DNA of 64,000 nucleotides, taken from contig CAZHXG010000009.1 in the NCBI GenBank assembly GCA_964536285.1, positions 2,604 to 66,603 of the forward strand, read 5' to 3'. The stretch is from an uncultured Bifidobacteriaceae bacterium (lineage in GTDB: Bacteria > Verrucomicrobiota > Verrucomicrobiia > Limisphaerales > UBA11358). Below are positions 54,767 through 64,000 of this stretch, in pieces (the stretch's first letter is position 1; each line of letters opens with the position of its first letter). The position numbers and the translations under genes are program-made. The notes under the pieces are model-generated. The model searched no databases and was not told the origin of the DNA. It saw only the letters and a program-made list of their open reading frames with translations.

Positions 54767-56878
54767 ATGAGGCGAAAGCTGATTCATTTTTTTCTGTTCA
54801 GTGCGGTGCTGTTCATGCTGCCCGGCATGTTGCAGGCGCAGTTGACCTTCGTGACCAACAGCGGCGCGATTATCATCACGGGTTACACCGGCTCGCCGAC
54901 GAATCTGGTCATTCCCAGCGCGACCAACGGCCATCCAGTCACCAGTATCGCAGACTATGCCTTGGAGGCCCACCCCAGCCTGCTCAGTGTCACCATTCCC
55001 AATAGCGTCACCAATATCGGAGACAGAGTGTTCACTCTCTGCCAGAACCTGACCAACATTATCGTGCTGTCCGGCAATCCTGATTATAGCAGCCTTAACG
55101 GCGTCTTGTTCAATCATGATCAAACGATGCTGGTTGAATTTGCGGACGGCCTCAAAGGGAGCTACACCGTTCCCAACACGGTCGTCAGCATCGCAACCAA
55201 CGCATTCTATATTTGCACCAACCTGAACAATGTCATCATTACGAACAATGTTGCCCGCATCGAAGATGATGCATTTTATAATTGCACTGGCCTGACTAAT
55301 GCCACCATTGGCAACAGCGTCACCAACCTCGGTGCACAGGCGTTCTATGCATGCACTGGCCTGTCCCATATCACCCTCGGCAGCGGCGTCGTCAGTATTG
55401 GCTACCAGGGGTTCATGTCTTGCAGCAGCCTGCTCAGCGTCGTGATACCCAACAGCCTCACAAACCTGGGAGATTATGCATTCTATACTTGCAGCGGCCT
55501 GACCAATCTCGTCCTGGGCACCAACCTCACTGATGTTGGTGCCAATGTGTTCAATAGCTGCACCAATCTGCCCAGGGTTGTGATTCCCAACAGCGTCACC
55601 AACATCGGAAATTCTGCCTTCAAGTTTTGCACCAGCCTGACCAATGTCACCCTCGGCAGCGGCGTCCGCACCATCGAAAATTTGGCGTTCTTTATCAGCG
55701 GGCTGATCAGCGTCACCATCCCCGTCAATGTCACCAACATCGGGGGGGAAGCGTTCGACTACTGCGCGAACCTGACGAACATCACTGTGACGCCCGGCAA
55801 TCCCGATTACAGCAGTCTCAATGGTGTCTTGTTCGATCCAAGCCAGACGACGCTCATCCAATTTCCGGGCGGCCTTAAAAATTACACGGTTCCCAGCGGC
55901 GTCACCAACATCGGCATTGCTTTCTACTACGCCATTGGCCTGACCAATGTCGTCATCACCAACAACGTCACCAGCACGTTTTCGTTCTTTAATTCCCCCA
56001 ACCTGGTGAGTGTCGTCCTCGGCACGAATGTCACCGACCTTGGACAATTGGCATTCGATGGTTGCGTTCGGCTGGCAAGCATCAATCTTCCCGACAGTAT
56101 CACCAGCATTGAAGATTATGCCTTCGCAGATTGCACCAACCTGACCAGCATCACCATCCCCAACAGCGTCACCCACCTCGGAAACTTTGTCTTCGACTAC
56201 TGCTCTAGCCTGATCACTGCCACTCTTCCAAACAGCATCACCAACATTAGTGATCAGCTATTTTCCTTTTGCACGAGTCTGACCACAGTTACCGTTGGCA
56301 ACGGCGTCAAAAGCATCGGATCTGGCGCCTTCGTCACATGCCCCGCGTTGCGTTCGGTTTATTTTCAAGGGAACGCGCCCACGCCCAATAATGATTCAAA
56401 CACCTTTTCCGGCGACACCAATGCGACGGTTTATTACATTCCGGGAACCACGGGCTGGGGCACGACTTTCGATGGTCTTCCCTGCGCACCCGCGTTTGGC
56501 ACCACCACCTACGGCCATCTGCCGGTGATCATTTATACGACGGCGGGCACCAACCAAACGCTGCAAATGTCCACCAACTCGGCCTCTGGCAATTGGGTGA
56601 CCGTCAGCAATAAAATCCCGCTCATCGGCGTGGAATTCACAAACCCGCCTGGCCAAATATTTTTCCGGCTGCAAGCGGCCAGCGGCAGCGTGCCGTCTCC
56701 GGGCATCACCCTTTACGGCAATCTGCCGGTGCTGTTTTATCCCACCAACGCCAACTACGCGGCACAGATGACAACCAATCTGACAGTTCACAACTGGACA
56801 TCCATTTCCGGCGTCAATTCGTTGATCACAGTGCAAGTCACCAACGCACCGCCCAACGCAGTCTTCCGGCTGCATTGA
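54767..56878 (+). CDS. secreted BspA-type leucine-rich repeat protein with two tandem F-F-R-L C-terminal modules
   Basis: The start is taken at MRRKLIHFFLFSAVLFMLPGMLQA. There are about 20 repeats of about 23 aa (IPNSVTNIG..AF..C..LT.V). The tail at 56480-56875 holds two copies of the shared module. Confidence 0.85.
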   Translation: MRRKLIHFFLFSAVLFMLPGMLQAQLTFVTNSGAIIITGYTGSPTNLVIPSATNGHPVTSIADYALEAHPSLLSVTIPNSVTNIGDRVFTLCQNLTNIIVLSGNPDYSSLNGVLFNHDQTMLVEFADGLKGSYTVPNTVVSIATNAFYICTNLNNVIITNNVARIEDDAFYNCTGLTNATIGNSVTNLGAQAFYACTGLSHITLGSGVVSIGYQGFMSCSSLLSVVIPNSLTNLGDYAFYTCSGLTNLVLGTNLTDVGANVFNSCTNLPRVVIPNSVTNIGNSAFKFCTSLTNVTLGSGVRTIENLAFFISGLISVTIPVNVTNIGGEAFDYCANLTNITVTPGNPDYSSLNGVLFDPSQTTLIQFPGGLKNYTVPSGVTNIGIAFYYAIGLTNVVITNNVTSTFSFFNSPNLVSVVLGTNVTDLGQLAFDGCVRLASINLPDSITSIEDYAFADCTNLTSITIPNSVTHLGNFVFDYCSSLITATLPNSITNISDQLFSFCTSLTTVTVGNGVKSIGSGAFVTCPALRSVYFQGNAPTPNNDSNTFSGDTNATVYYIPGTTGWGTTFDGLPCAPAFGTTTYGHLPVIIYTTAGTNQTLQMSTNSASGNWVTVSNKIPLIGVEFTNPPGQIFFRLQAASGSVPSPGITLYGNLPVLFYPTNANYAAQMTTNLTVHNWTSISGVNSLITVQVTNAPPNAVFRLH

Positions 56879-56967
56879 ATTCGACGGATTTAAAAAAAAT
56901 TCCTGCGCGTTGGTTTCAAACCGGATCACGCGTTCATCCGTTTCGGCGCGGACCCTAAATTAAAAAT

Positions 56968-57882
56968 TCATTCTCCGCCCCAGATTTTTTTGAGATGCGC
57001 GATGCCAAGTTTGACTTCTTCGGGAAACAGCGTCGGGCTCAATTCAAAAACCTTGATGTGTTCCGGTTTCACGAACGGCTTGAGCGCGGCGAAATCAATC
57101 ATGCCGGAACCGGGCGCGGCGTGGTCGCGCACAGGGAATTGCACGTCATGGACGTGAAATCCGGCGAGGCGCGGCGCGAGCGAACCAAGAAATTCCGCGT
57201 GGCGGATGAAGCCGAGGTTTTCCTTGATTTGCGCGTGCCCGCAATCGTGCCAATAAACGACGTTCGGGCTGCCGAATTCGGCGAAGAAAAGCTTGAAGTC
57301 GTTCTCGACGGGCAATTCTTCCAGCGCCTGGCGGTTTTCGATCCCAAGTTTGATCCCGGCTTTTTCCGCCGCCGGCAAAATCTGCCGGAGCGTCTCTTTC
57401 GTGCGCGCGAAGAATTTTTCCTTTTTCGTTTCCCGCGCTTTGGCGGCTTCGGCAAGAAGCTTTTCATATTTCGGAGAATTTTTCCCGCCGTGTTCGAGCA
57501 TCTCGCCGAGCTTGCCGGTGTAATCCTTCAAGTCCATGCCGCCGAGGTGAAGCACGACGAGCGGCGCTCTGACGCGCACGGCGAATTCAATCGTCTTGAG
57601 CGTGTGCTTGCCGGCGAGTTCGCGGTCGCGGTCGCGCTCGGCGGAAAATTCGTAGATGTTCGGCGAGGCTTTTTCGACGCCAACGGGCAGCGGACAAAAA
57701 TTGTGGAGGCTGGAGATTTTTATTTCGCCCGCGTCCACGGCGTCGAGGATTCCGGGCACGAGGCTCAAGCGGATGCCGTGGCTCAACTCGGCGTGGCCGA
57801 AGCCGAGTTCGCGGATTTCGCGCAGCATCGCGCGTCCGTCCGTGTGACGCCGGGAATTCCAGCAGGTGGAAAAGGAATACAT
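56968..57882 (-). CDS. sugar phosphate isomerase/epimerase (xylose isomerase-like TIM barrel)
   Basis: 304 aa. The AP_endonuc_2-like pattern includes GFGHAELSH, LGIENR and HVHD. Confidence 0.82.
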   Translation of the reverse strand: MYSFSTCWNSRRHTDGRAMLREIRELGFGHAELSHGIRLSLVPGILDAVDAGEIKISSLHNFCPLPVGVEKASPNIYEFSAERDRDRELAGKHTLKTIEFAVRVRAPLVVLHLGGMDLKDYTGKLGEMLEHGGKNSPKYEKLLAEAAKARETKKEKFFARTKETLRQILPAAEKAGIKLGIENRQALEELPVENDFKLFFAEFGSPNVVYWHDCGHAQIKENLGFIRHAEFLGSLAPRLAGFHVHDVQFPVRDHAAPGSGMIDFAALKPFVKPEHIKVFELSPTLFPEEVKLGIAHLKKIWGGE

Positions 57883-57890
57883 TTTTGGGC

Positions 57891-57975
57891 GTAAATCGTT
57901 AAATCGCGAATCGTAAAAAGAAGAATCGTTAAACGATTGCCACGATGCAACGATTTAACGATTCACGATTTAACT
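57891..57975. repeat. AATCGT/ACGATT-rich motif cluster including the 15-mer ACGATTCACGATTTA
   Basis: The region contains the palindrome AATCGTTAAACGATT and the direct repeats CGATTTAA-CGATTCA-CGATTTAA. The same 15-mer occurs at 54661-54675, and its 13-nt core occurs inverted at 49635-49659. Confidence 0.6.
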
Positions 57976-57984
57976 CCCCACAAA

Positions 57985-58182
57985 TTACAGATCCGCGTAA
58001 CGCGCGGAAAGCATCGCGGAGAAACGGGCGACTTTTTCCTTGCGACGGCGTTTCTCACTCGGCTTTTCGAAATGCCGGTGATTGCGCACGACTTTGAGCG
58101 TGCCCTCGCGGTCGACTTTTTTCTTCAGTCGCCGCAACGCACGGTCCACAGGCTCGCCTTTTTTCAGTCTAATTTCTGTCAA
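57985..58182 (-). CDS. rpsU: 30S ribosomal protein S21
   Basis: 65 aa. The sequence is basic, with ALRRLKKKVDREG..HRHFEKPSEKRRRK. Confidence 0.93.
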   Translation of the reverse strand: MTEIRLKKGEPVDRALRRLKKKVDREGTLKVVRNHRHFEKPSEKRRRKEKVARFSAMLSARYADL

Positions 58183-58357
58183 CGCAACTCACTTCCTCTC
58201 CTGGTGCGAGAAAAACCGCACTGGCGGTGCTCGCGGATAAATTAAAACGAACGCAGAGGATAATTTTCCCGCGACGATTGTCAATGGGCAAAAGCGTTTG
58301 TTGCAATCGGTTCGCGCGCTGTTATCATCACAAAACTTTAATCGCGCAAGAACAGAA

Positions 58358-59392
58358 ATGAACGCAGTGAAATCGAAAGGGTCGCCCGACCCCAAAACCA
58401 AAGGGCAAATCCGCGAACTCATCCAATCCCGGGGCGGCGGCCACAACGAAAACGAAGTCGCCGACATCATCGAGAACGCGCTGAAACTCCTGACCGACGT
58501 GAAGGACACCGGCGACGTGCGCGTGATCCAGACCGCGCTGCGCGAATTGCGCTACGCCTTCCGGCTTTTCGCGCCTTATGCGGACAAGCGCAAGGTGACC
58601 ATCTTCGGTTCCGCGCGCACGCAGCCCGACAAGATCGAATATCAGCAGGCCGTGGATTTCGGGCGCAAGATCGTGAAGGCCGGATTCATGGTCATCACTG
58701 GTGCGGGTAGCGGCATCATGCAGGCCGGACACGAAGGTGCCGGGCCGGAAAACAGTTTCGGCGTCAACATCCGACTGCCGTGGGAACAAAGCGCCAATCC
58801 CGTCATCGCCGAGGACAAAAAATTGATTTCGTTCAAATATTTTTTCACGCGCAAATTGATTTTCATCCGGCACTCGGACGCCATCGCGCTTTTTCCCGGC
58901 GGCTTCGGCACGCTCGACGAGGGTTACGAAGCCATCACGCTCATGCAGACCGGCAAAAGCCAGCTCATGCCGCTTGTGCTCGTGGACAAACCCGGCGGCA
59001 CATATTGGAGAACGTGGGACTTCCACATCCGCGAAGAACTGTTGCGCAACAAATTGATTTCGCCGGAGGACTTGAACCTCTACCAGATCACCGACAGCAC
59101 GGATGAAGCGGTGATAATCATTGCGCGCTTCTACCGGAATTTTCATTCGACGCGCTTCGTGAAAGATTTGCTCGTCATCCGATTAAAAAATGCGCCGAAC
59201 GAATCCGCTATCGCCGCAATGAGTAAGGATTTTTCTGACATCATCATCGATGGAAGAATCCAAAACATCAAACCGACGCCCGAAGAAGTGGAACACAACG
59301 AGCATCTGGAACTGAAACGCATCGCCTTCAACTTCAACCGCCGCGATTACGGACGGCTGCGGCAGTTGATTGATGTGTTGAACAGTTTGTGA
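58358..59392 (+). CDS. LOG/TIGR00730 family protein (PpnN-like nucleotide 5'-monophosphate nucleosidase) with C-terminal extension
   Basis: The start is taken at MNAVKSKG. The motifs are VTIFGSAR, ITGAGSGIMQAGHEGA and PGGFGTLDE. Confidence 0.8.
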   Translation: MNAVKSKGSPDPKTKGQIRELIQSRGGGHNENEVADIIENALKLLTDVKDTGDVRVIQTALRELRYAFRLFAPYADKRKVTIFGSARTQPDKIEYQQAVDFGRKIVKAGFMVITGAGSGIMQAGHEGAGPENSFGVNIRLPWEQSANPVIAEDKKLISFKYFFTRKLIFIRHSDAIALFPGGFGTLDEGYEAITLMQTGKSQLMPLVLVDKPGGTYWRTWDFHIREELLRNKLISPEDLNLYQITDSTDEAVIIIARFYRNFHSTRFVKDLLVIRLKNAPNESAIAAMSKDFSDIIIDGRIQNIKPTPEEVEHNEHLELKRIAFNFNRRDYGRLRQLIDVLNSL

Positions 59393-59448
59393 AGTCGCGG
59401 AGCGACGACCGACTCATCCCGGCAGAATATGATGATTTAGTTAGCCAA

Positions 59449-61503
59449 TCACTGAATTTGCAGGCGATAAAAGCTGGTAACATTGGTGATGGCCAACGTC
59501 ATAGACCATTGATTGCCCAAGGTGACCGGCAAGTTGGTAACGGAATGCCAGAGGCACTGGGATGTCAGGTTCGTGGCTGTATAAAGCTGATAATACGCTG
59601 CATCGGGCGAAGCCGTCAGCGTCAGATCGCCGCTTTCGGTGCCGGTGATGGCAAGTATGGGTCTGGATCCCACACCGGCATTCCATGCCAAGCTGCCGGA
59701 TTCATAGGCGCCCAAGTCAGGCGCACTGCCAATGTAACCGTCAGTAAAACCTGGAATAATCAGCCCGTCGTTGATGGCGGAAGCATTGGGCTTCAGGCGG
59801 AAATCCTCGTTCGTCCAGTTCACGAGCTGTGTCTGCGGTGACGTGGCGAGAAAGAGATTGTTCGATGCCGAATATTGATAAATGTCGCTCGTCCAGAAAG
59901 TCGGGTCGGGGTTGCTGCTCGACCAGGAATTGTAGGTGTAGGCACCCACGTCGGCGCAGTTGAAAAGGGTGTTGTTGTAGATCAGGTGTCCATAGGCCGG
60001 ACCGTTGATCCGGATGCCCGAATCCCCGCCGCTGTTCCAGCAAACGTTATGATCCACCACAAAATTCCGGTCATAGTTGTCGAGGTAAATCAACGCCGAA
60101 GGAATGGGATAGTTGTCGTCATGGATCCAATTATACGCGATGCGGGTATCCAGCCCGCTGGTTCCCTGACCGTTGTTACCCCAGACATAAATGACGCCTA
60201 AATCCTTGCATAACAGTCCCGGGGCGGAAAGATCGTTGAAGCGGATGTCGGAACCGGTGCCCTCGGGCCGGAGGATGTCGCGGCCCGAACTGTGCACGGT
60301 GTTGAACGTGACGATATCTCCGTTGCCGTGGAGAGCGATGGCGCAGGCGTAAGTACCCGAGTAGTCGGTGTTGTAAATGGTATTGCGGGTGATGAGATTG
60401 CTGCCGCCGCCATACACGTACACGCCTGTCCCCGCGGTGTTGAACAGCGTGCAACCGCACACGATGTTGTTATTGCCATTGATCGCCACCCCGCCGCCTT
60501 GTTGGGTTCCACCGTCTTCCAGATAGCCCTGGCTGATAATCATGAAATGGCTGAGAAATTGTCCCTGACAGTTCTGCAGCACATTTCCGTTGCCCTGAAG
60601 TCGCACTGCTCCGGCCCACAGGTTCATGCCGCTTACAGTAATATTATTCCGGCCATTGATATCCACGCACCAGTTGCGCCGTTTCATCTCCACCGTGTGC
60701 GTGGATAGATTGCCCCCACCGCCAATCCGCAGGTAAAGCGTGTTGCCCGTTGAGTTGGTTTGCAAATGCCATTCATTGTCAGCATCCAGCAAATTAAAAT
60801 TTCCCCAGAGAAAGCCGCTGCCGCTGCCCGTGAACCACCAGTTGGGCGTCTCGGTCGCGGCATTCACGAGGATGTTGCTGCCCGAAGAACTGATCACGCG
60901 CGCGCTTTGCCACGACCATTCATATCCCACTCCGCCTAAAAACCATGCGCCCGCCCAATAGTTGAGGGGTTTGCCGCTCCAAGCCGCGCTGGTAATGACT
61001 CTGGTGTTCGTGCTGTTGACCATTACGCTAACAGTGGCGGGATGCAACACATCACCGCTTCCGTAATCCGGATACTGCGCCTGATGCATCATCGCGCCGT
61101 CCACAAACACCTGATTGTAACCTTGCCCCAAGTCCCAGTTGACGGATGCTTGATAGATGCTGTTCGATAAAAATGTCCAGTCAGTCACGGCATCCGCTCC
61201 GTCAAGCGTGACGACCTCGTTTGAATAGGCTGCGAACGTGATCGGGGCATTGCTGGTGCCCGAATTCAACGGTGCGAGCGTCTCGTGATACACGCCAGCG
61301 CGAATGAAACAGGTGTCCCCGGCCACCAAGTTCGTGGCCGCATGCTGGATCGTTTGAAACGGGACGGCGAGGTTAGTCCCGGGATTGGCATCCGAACCGT
61401 TGGTTGATACGAAGTATGTTGTCGCGTGCAGCGTGGAAAGACTGCGCGCCAACACCAGCACGATCCACAGGCATACGCTGGAATAATAAAAACGCGAGAC
61501 CAT
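59449..61503 (-). CDS. secreted right-handed parallel beta-helix (pectate-lyase fold) protein with F-Y-R-L C-terminal module
   Basis: A signal peptide is present. The DUF1565-like N-terminus reads [22 protein letters not shown]. Repeated N-x-I/V-x-N turns follow. The C-terminus reads [20 protein letters not shown]. Confidence 0.8.
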   Translation of the reverse strand: MVSRFYYSSVCLWIVLVLARSLSTLHATTYFVSTNGSDANPGTNLAVPFQTIQHAATNLVAGDTCFIRAGVYHETLAPLNSGTSNAPITFAAYSNEVVTLDGADAVTDWTFLSNSIYQASVNWDLGQGYNQVFVDGAMMHQAQYPDYGSGDVLHPATVSVMVNSTNTRVITSAAWSGKPLNYWAGAWFLGGVGYEWSWQSARVISSSGSNILVNAATETPNWWFTGSGSGFLWGNFNLLDADNEWHLQTNSTGNTLYLRIGGGGNLSTHTVEMKRRNWCVDINGRNNITVSGMNLWAGAVRLQGNGNVLQNCQGQFLSHFMIISQGYLEDGGTQQGGGVAINGNNNIVCGCTLFNTAGTGVYVYGGGSNLITRNTIYNTDYSGTYACAIALHGNGDIVTFNTVHSSGRDILRPEGTGSDIRFNDLSAPGLLCKDLGVIYVWGNNGQGTSGLDTRIAYNWIHDDNYPIPSALIYLDNYDRNFVVDHNVCWNSGGDSGIRINGPAYGHLIYNNTLFNCADVGAYTYNSWSSSNPDPTFWTSDIYQYSASNNLFLATSPQTQLVNWTNEDFRLKPNASAINDGLIIPGFTDGYIGSAPDLGAYESGSLAWNAGVGSRPILAITGTESGDLTLTASPDAAYYQLYTATNLTSQCLWHSVTNLPVTLGNQWSMTLAITNVTSFYRLQIQ

Positions 61504-61624
61504 CAGGATAAAACCTAACCTTTCATTTGCGCTTAATCAAAGCAAATCACTCCCAAGTCCAACCACGATTCCAAAAAAATCCTGCGCGCTCGACAGTTCT
61601 GTTTCTCATTGCTAGCGTTCGGGC

Positions 61625-62578
61625 ATGAATTTCTTGGTCACCGGCGGCGCTGGCTTCATCGGCTCGCACATTTGCGAACGCCTTCTGCGCGACGGCCATA
61701 GCGTCTGGGCGTTCGACGACCTCAATCCTTTTTACGACCCGCAATTTAAGCAGCGCAATCTCCGCGAAATCCAGTCGCTCGCCAAGCCCTTTGAATTCAT
61801 CCACGGCGACATCACCGATTCTGCCGCGCTCGGCGAGATTTTTTCATCCGTCAAATTCGACCAGGTCATCCATCTCGCCGCGCGCGCGGGTGTGCGCCCG
61901 AGCCTCGCCGACCCGGCGCTTTACCAGCGCGTCAACGTCGAAGGCACGGTCAACGTCCTTGAAGCCGCGCGAAAATCCGGCGTGAAAAAAATCATCATCG
62001 CGTCGTCGTCGTCGGTTTACGGCTTGAATTCCAAGGTGCCGTTCAGCGAGAGCGACCCGATTTTTTCCGCCATTTCGCCTTACGCCGCGAGCAAGCTCGC
62101 ATGCGAAGCGCTTGGCCACGTTTATCATCACATTTACAAAATGGACGTGACGATGCTGCGCTTCTTCACCGTTTATGGCCCGCGCCAGCGACCCGACCTC
62201 GCGCTTTTCAAATTTGCAAAATTGATTTCCGCCGGAAAACAGATTCCGGTTTTCGGCGATGGCACTGCCGCGCGCGATTACACTTTCGTTTCGGACACGA
62301 TTGACGGAGTTATTGCGGCGACAAAAAAGGAATTCGGCTACGAGATTTTCAATCTCGGCGAATCGGAGACTGTTTCGTTGAGCCGGATGATTGAACTGCT
62401 CGAAGACGCGCTCGGAAAAAAGGCCGTGATTGACCGCCAGCCGTTGCAGCCCGGCGATGTTCCCATCACTTTCGCCAATATTTCCAAGGCCAGACAGAAG
62501 CTCGGCTACAATCCGCAAATTAAATTCGATCAAGGCGTAAAATTATTTGCGGATTGGTTTCGGAAAAGTCAAAGTTAA
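61625..62578 (+). CDS. NAD-dependent nucleotide-sugar epimerase (UDP-glucuronate 4-epimerase-like)
   Basis: 317 aa. The NAD site is VTGGAGFIGSH, the catalytic motif is YAASK, and the region RFFTVYGPRQRPD is present. Confidence 0.9.
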   Translation: MNFLVTGGAGFIGSHICERLLRDGHSVWAFDDLNPFYDPQFKQRNLREIQSLAKPFEFIHGDITDSAALGEIFSSVKFDQVIHLAARAGVRPSLADPALYQRVNVEGTVNVLEAARKSGVKKIIIASSSSVYGLNSKVPFSESDPIFSAISPYAASKLACEALGHVYHHIYKMDVTMLRFFTVYGPRQRPDLALFKFAKLISAGKQIPVFGDGTAARDYTFVSDTIDGVIAATKKEFGYEIFNLGESETVSLSRMIELLEDALGKKAVIDRQPLQPGDVPITFANISKARQKLGYNPQIKFDQGVKLFADWFRKSQS

Positions 62579-62585
62579 GCCTTAA

Positions 62586-64000
<1,415 letters not shown>

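Noticed and set aside
54707-56176. A 489-aa ORF antisense to the LRR gene with a repetitive Asp/Gly/Ile-rich translation.
   Set aside because: Its periodicity only mirrors the 23-aa LRR units on the plus strand. The plus-strand protein has a signal peptide, canonical BspA-type repeats and the shared C-terminal module.

Overview
The window is a mostly housekeeping chromosomal segment. Gene content and codon usage suggest a PVC-group bacterium, probably Verrucomicrobiota; that assignment is inference only. By hand count G+C is roughly mid-50s percent.

Recognisable genes:
- Replication and repair: gyrB (5' truncated), gyrA, yacG, ligA (3' truncated).
- Translation: miaB, an EF-G paralogue, fmt, cca, rpsB, tsf, rpsU, tRNA-Lys(CTT), tRNA-Asn(GTT).
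- Central and nucleotide metabolism: pdxH, pgk, tpiA, gap, galM-like, hisG, purN, pyrH, an adk-like kinase, trxB.
- Transport and secretion: an Opp/Dpp-type ABC importer without ATPase genes, secG, satP-like.
- An envelope proteostasis run: cbpA-like, htrA, an fkpA-like PPIase, prc, exported msrA.
- Envelope glycan genes.

I found no CRISPR array, integrase, transposase, prophage or known defence system.

The unusual content is small-scale:
- A proteasome-beta-like Ntn hydrolase sits on a low-GC single-gene insert. Two more low-GC single-gene inserts break conserved operons, and one of them is apparently frameshifted.
- A strictly phased 21-bp repeat array of 8-9 units lies in a 448-bp divergent intergenic region and is open on both strands.
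- A roughly 55-65 aa C-terminal module ending in F/Y-F/Y-R-L is shared by four unrelated secreted proteins.
- One protein carries an ALK/LTK-type glycine-rich domain.
- A PAS module has a 378-bp tandem duplication with a 215-nt perfectly identical core.
- Two dispersed short intergenic repeat families are present.
- Two small basic ORFs fall below the ORF-track cutoff, and one looks like ribosomal protein bS22.

None of these is a demonstrated new system. All functional calls rest on motif recognition by eye, without database searches.
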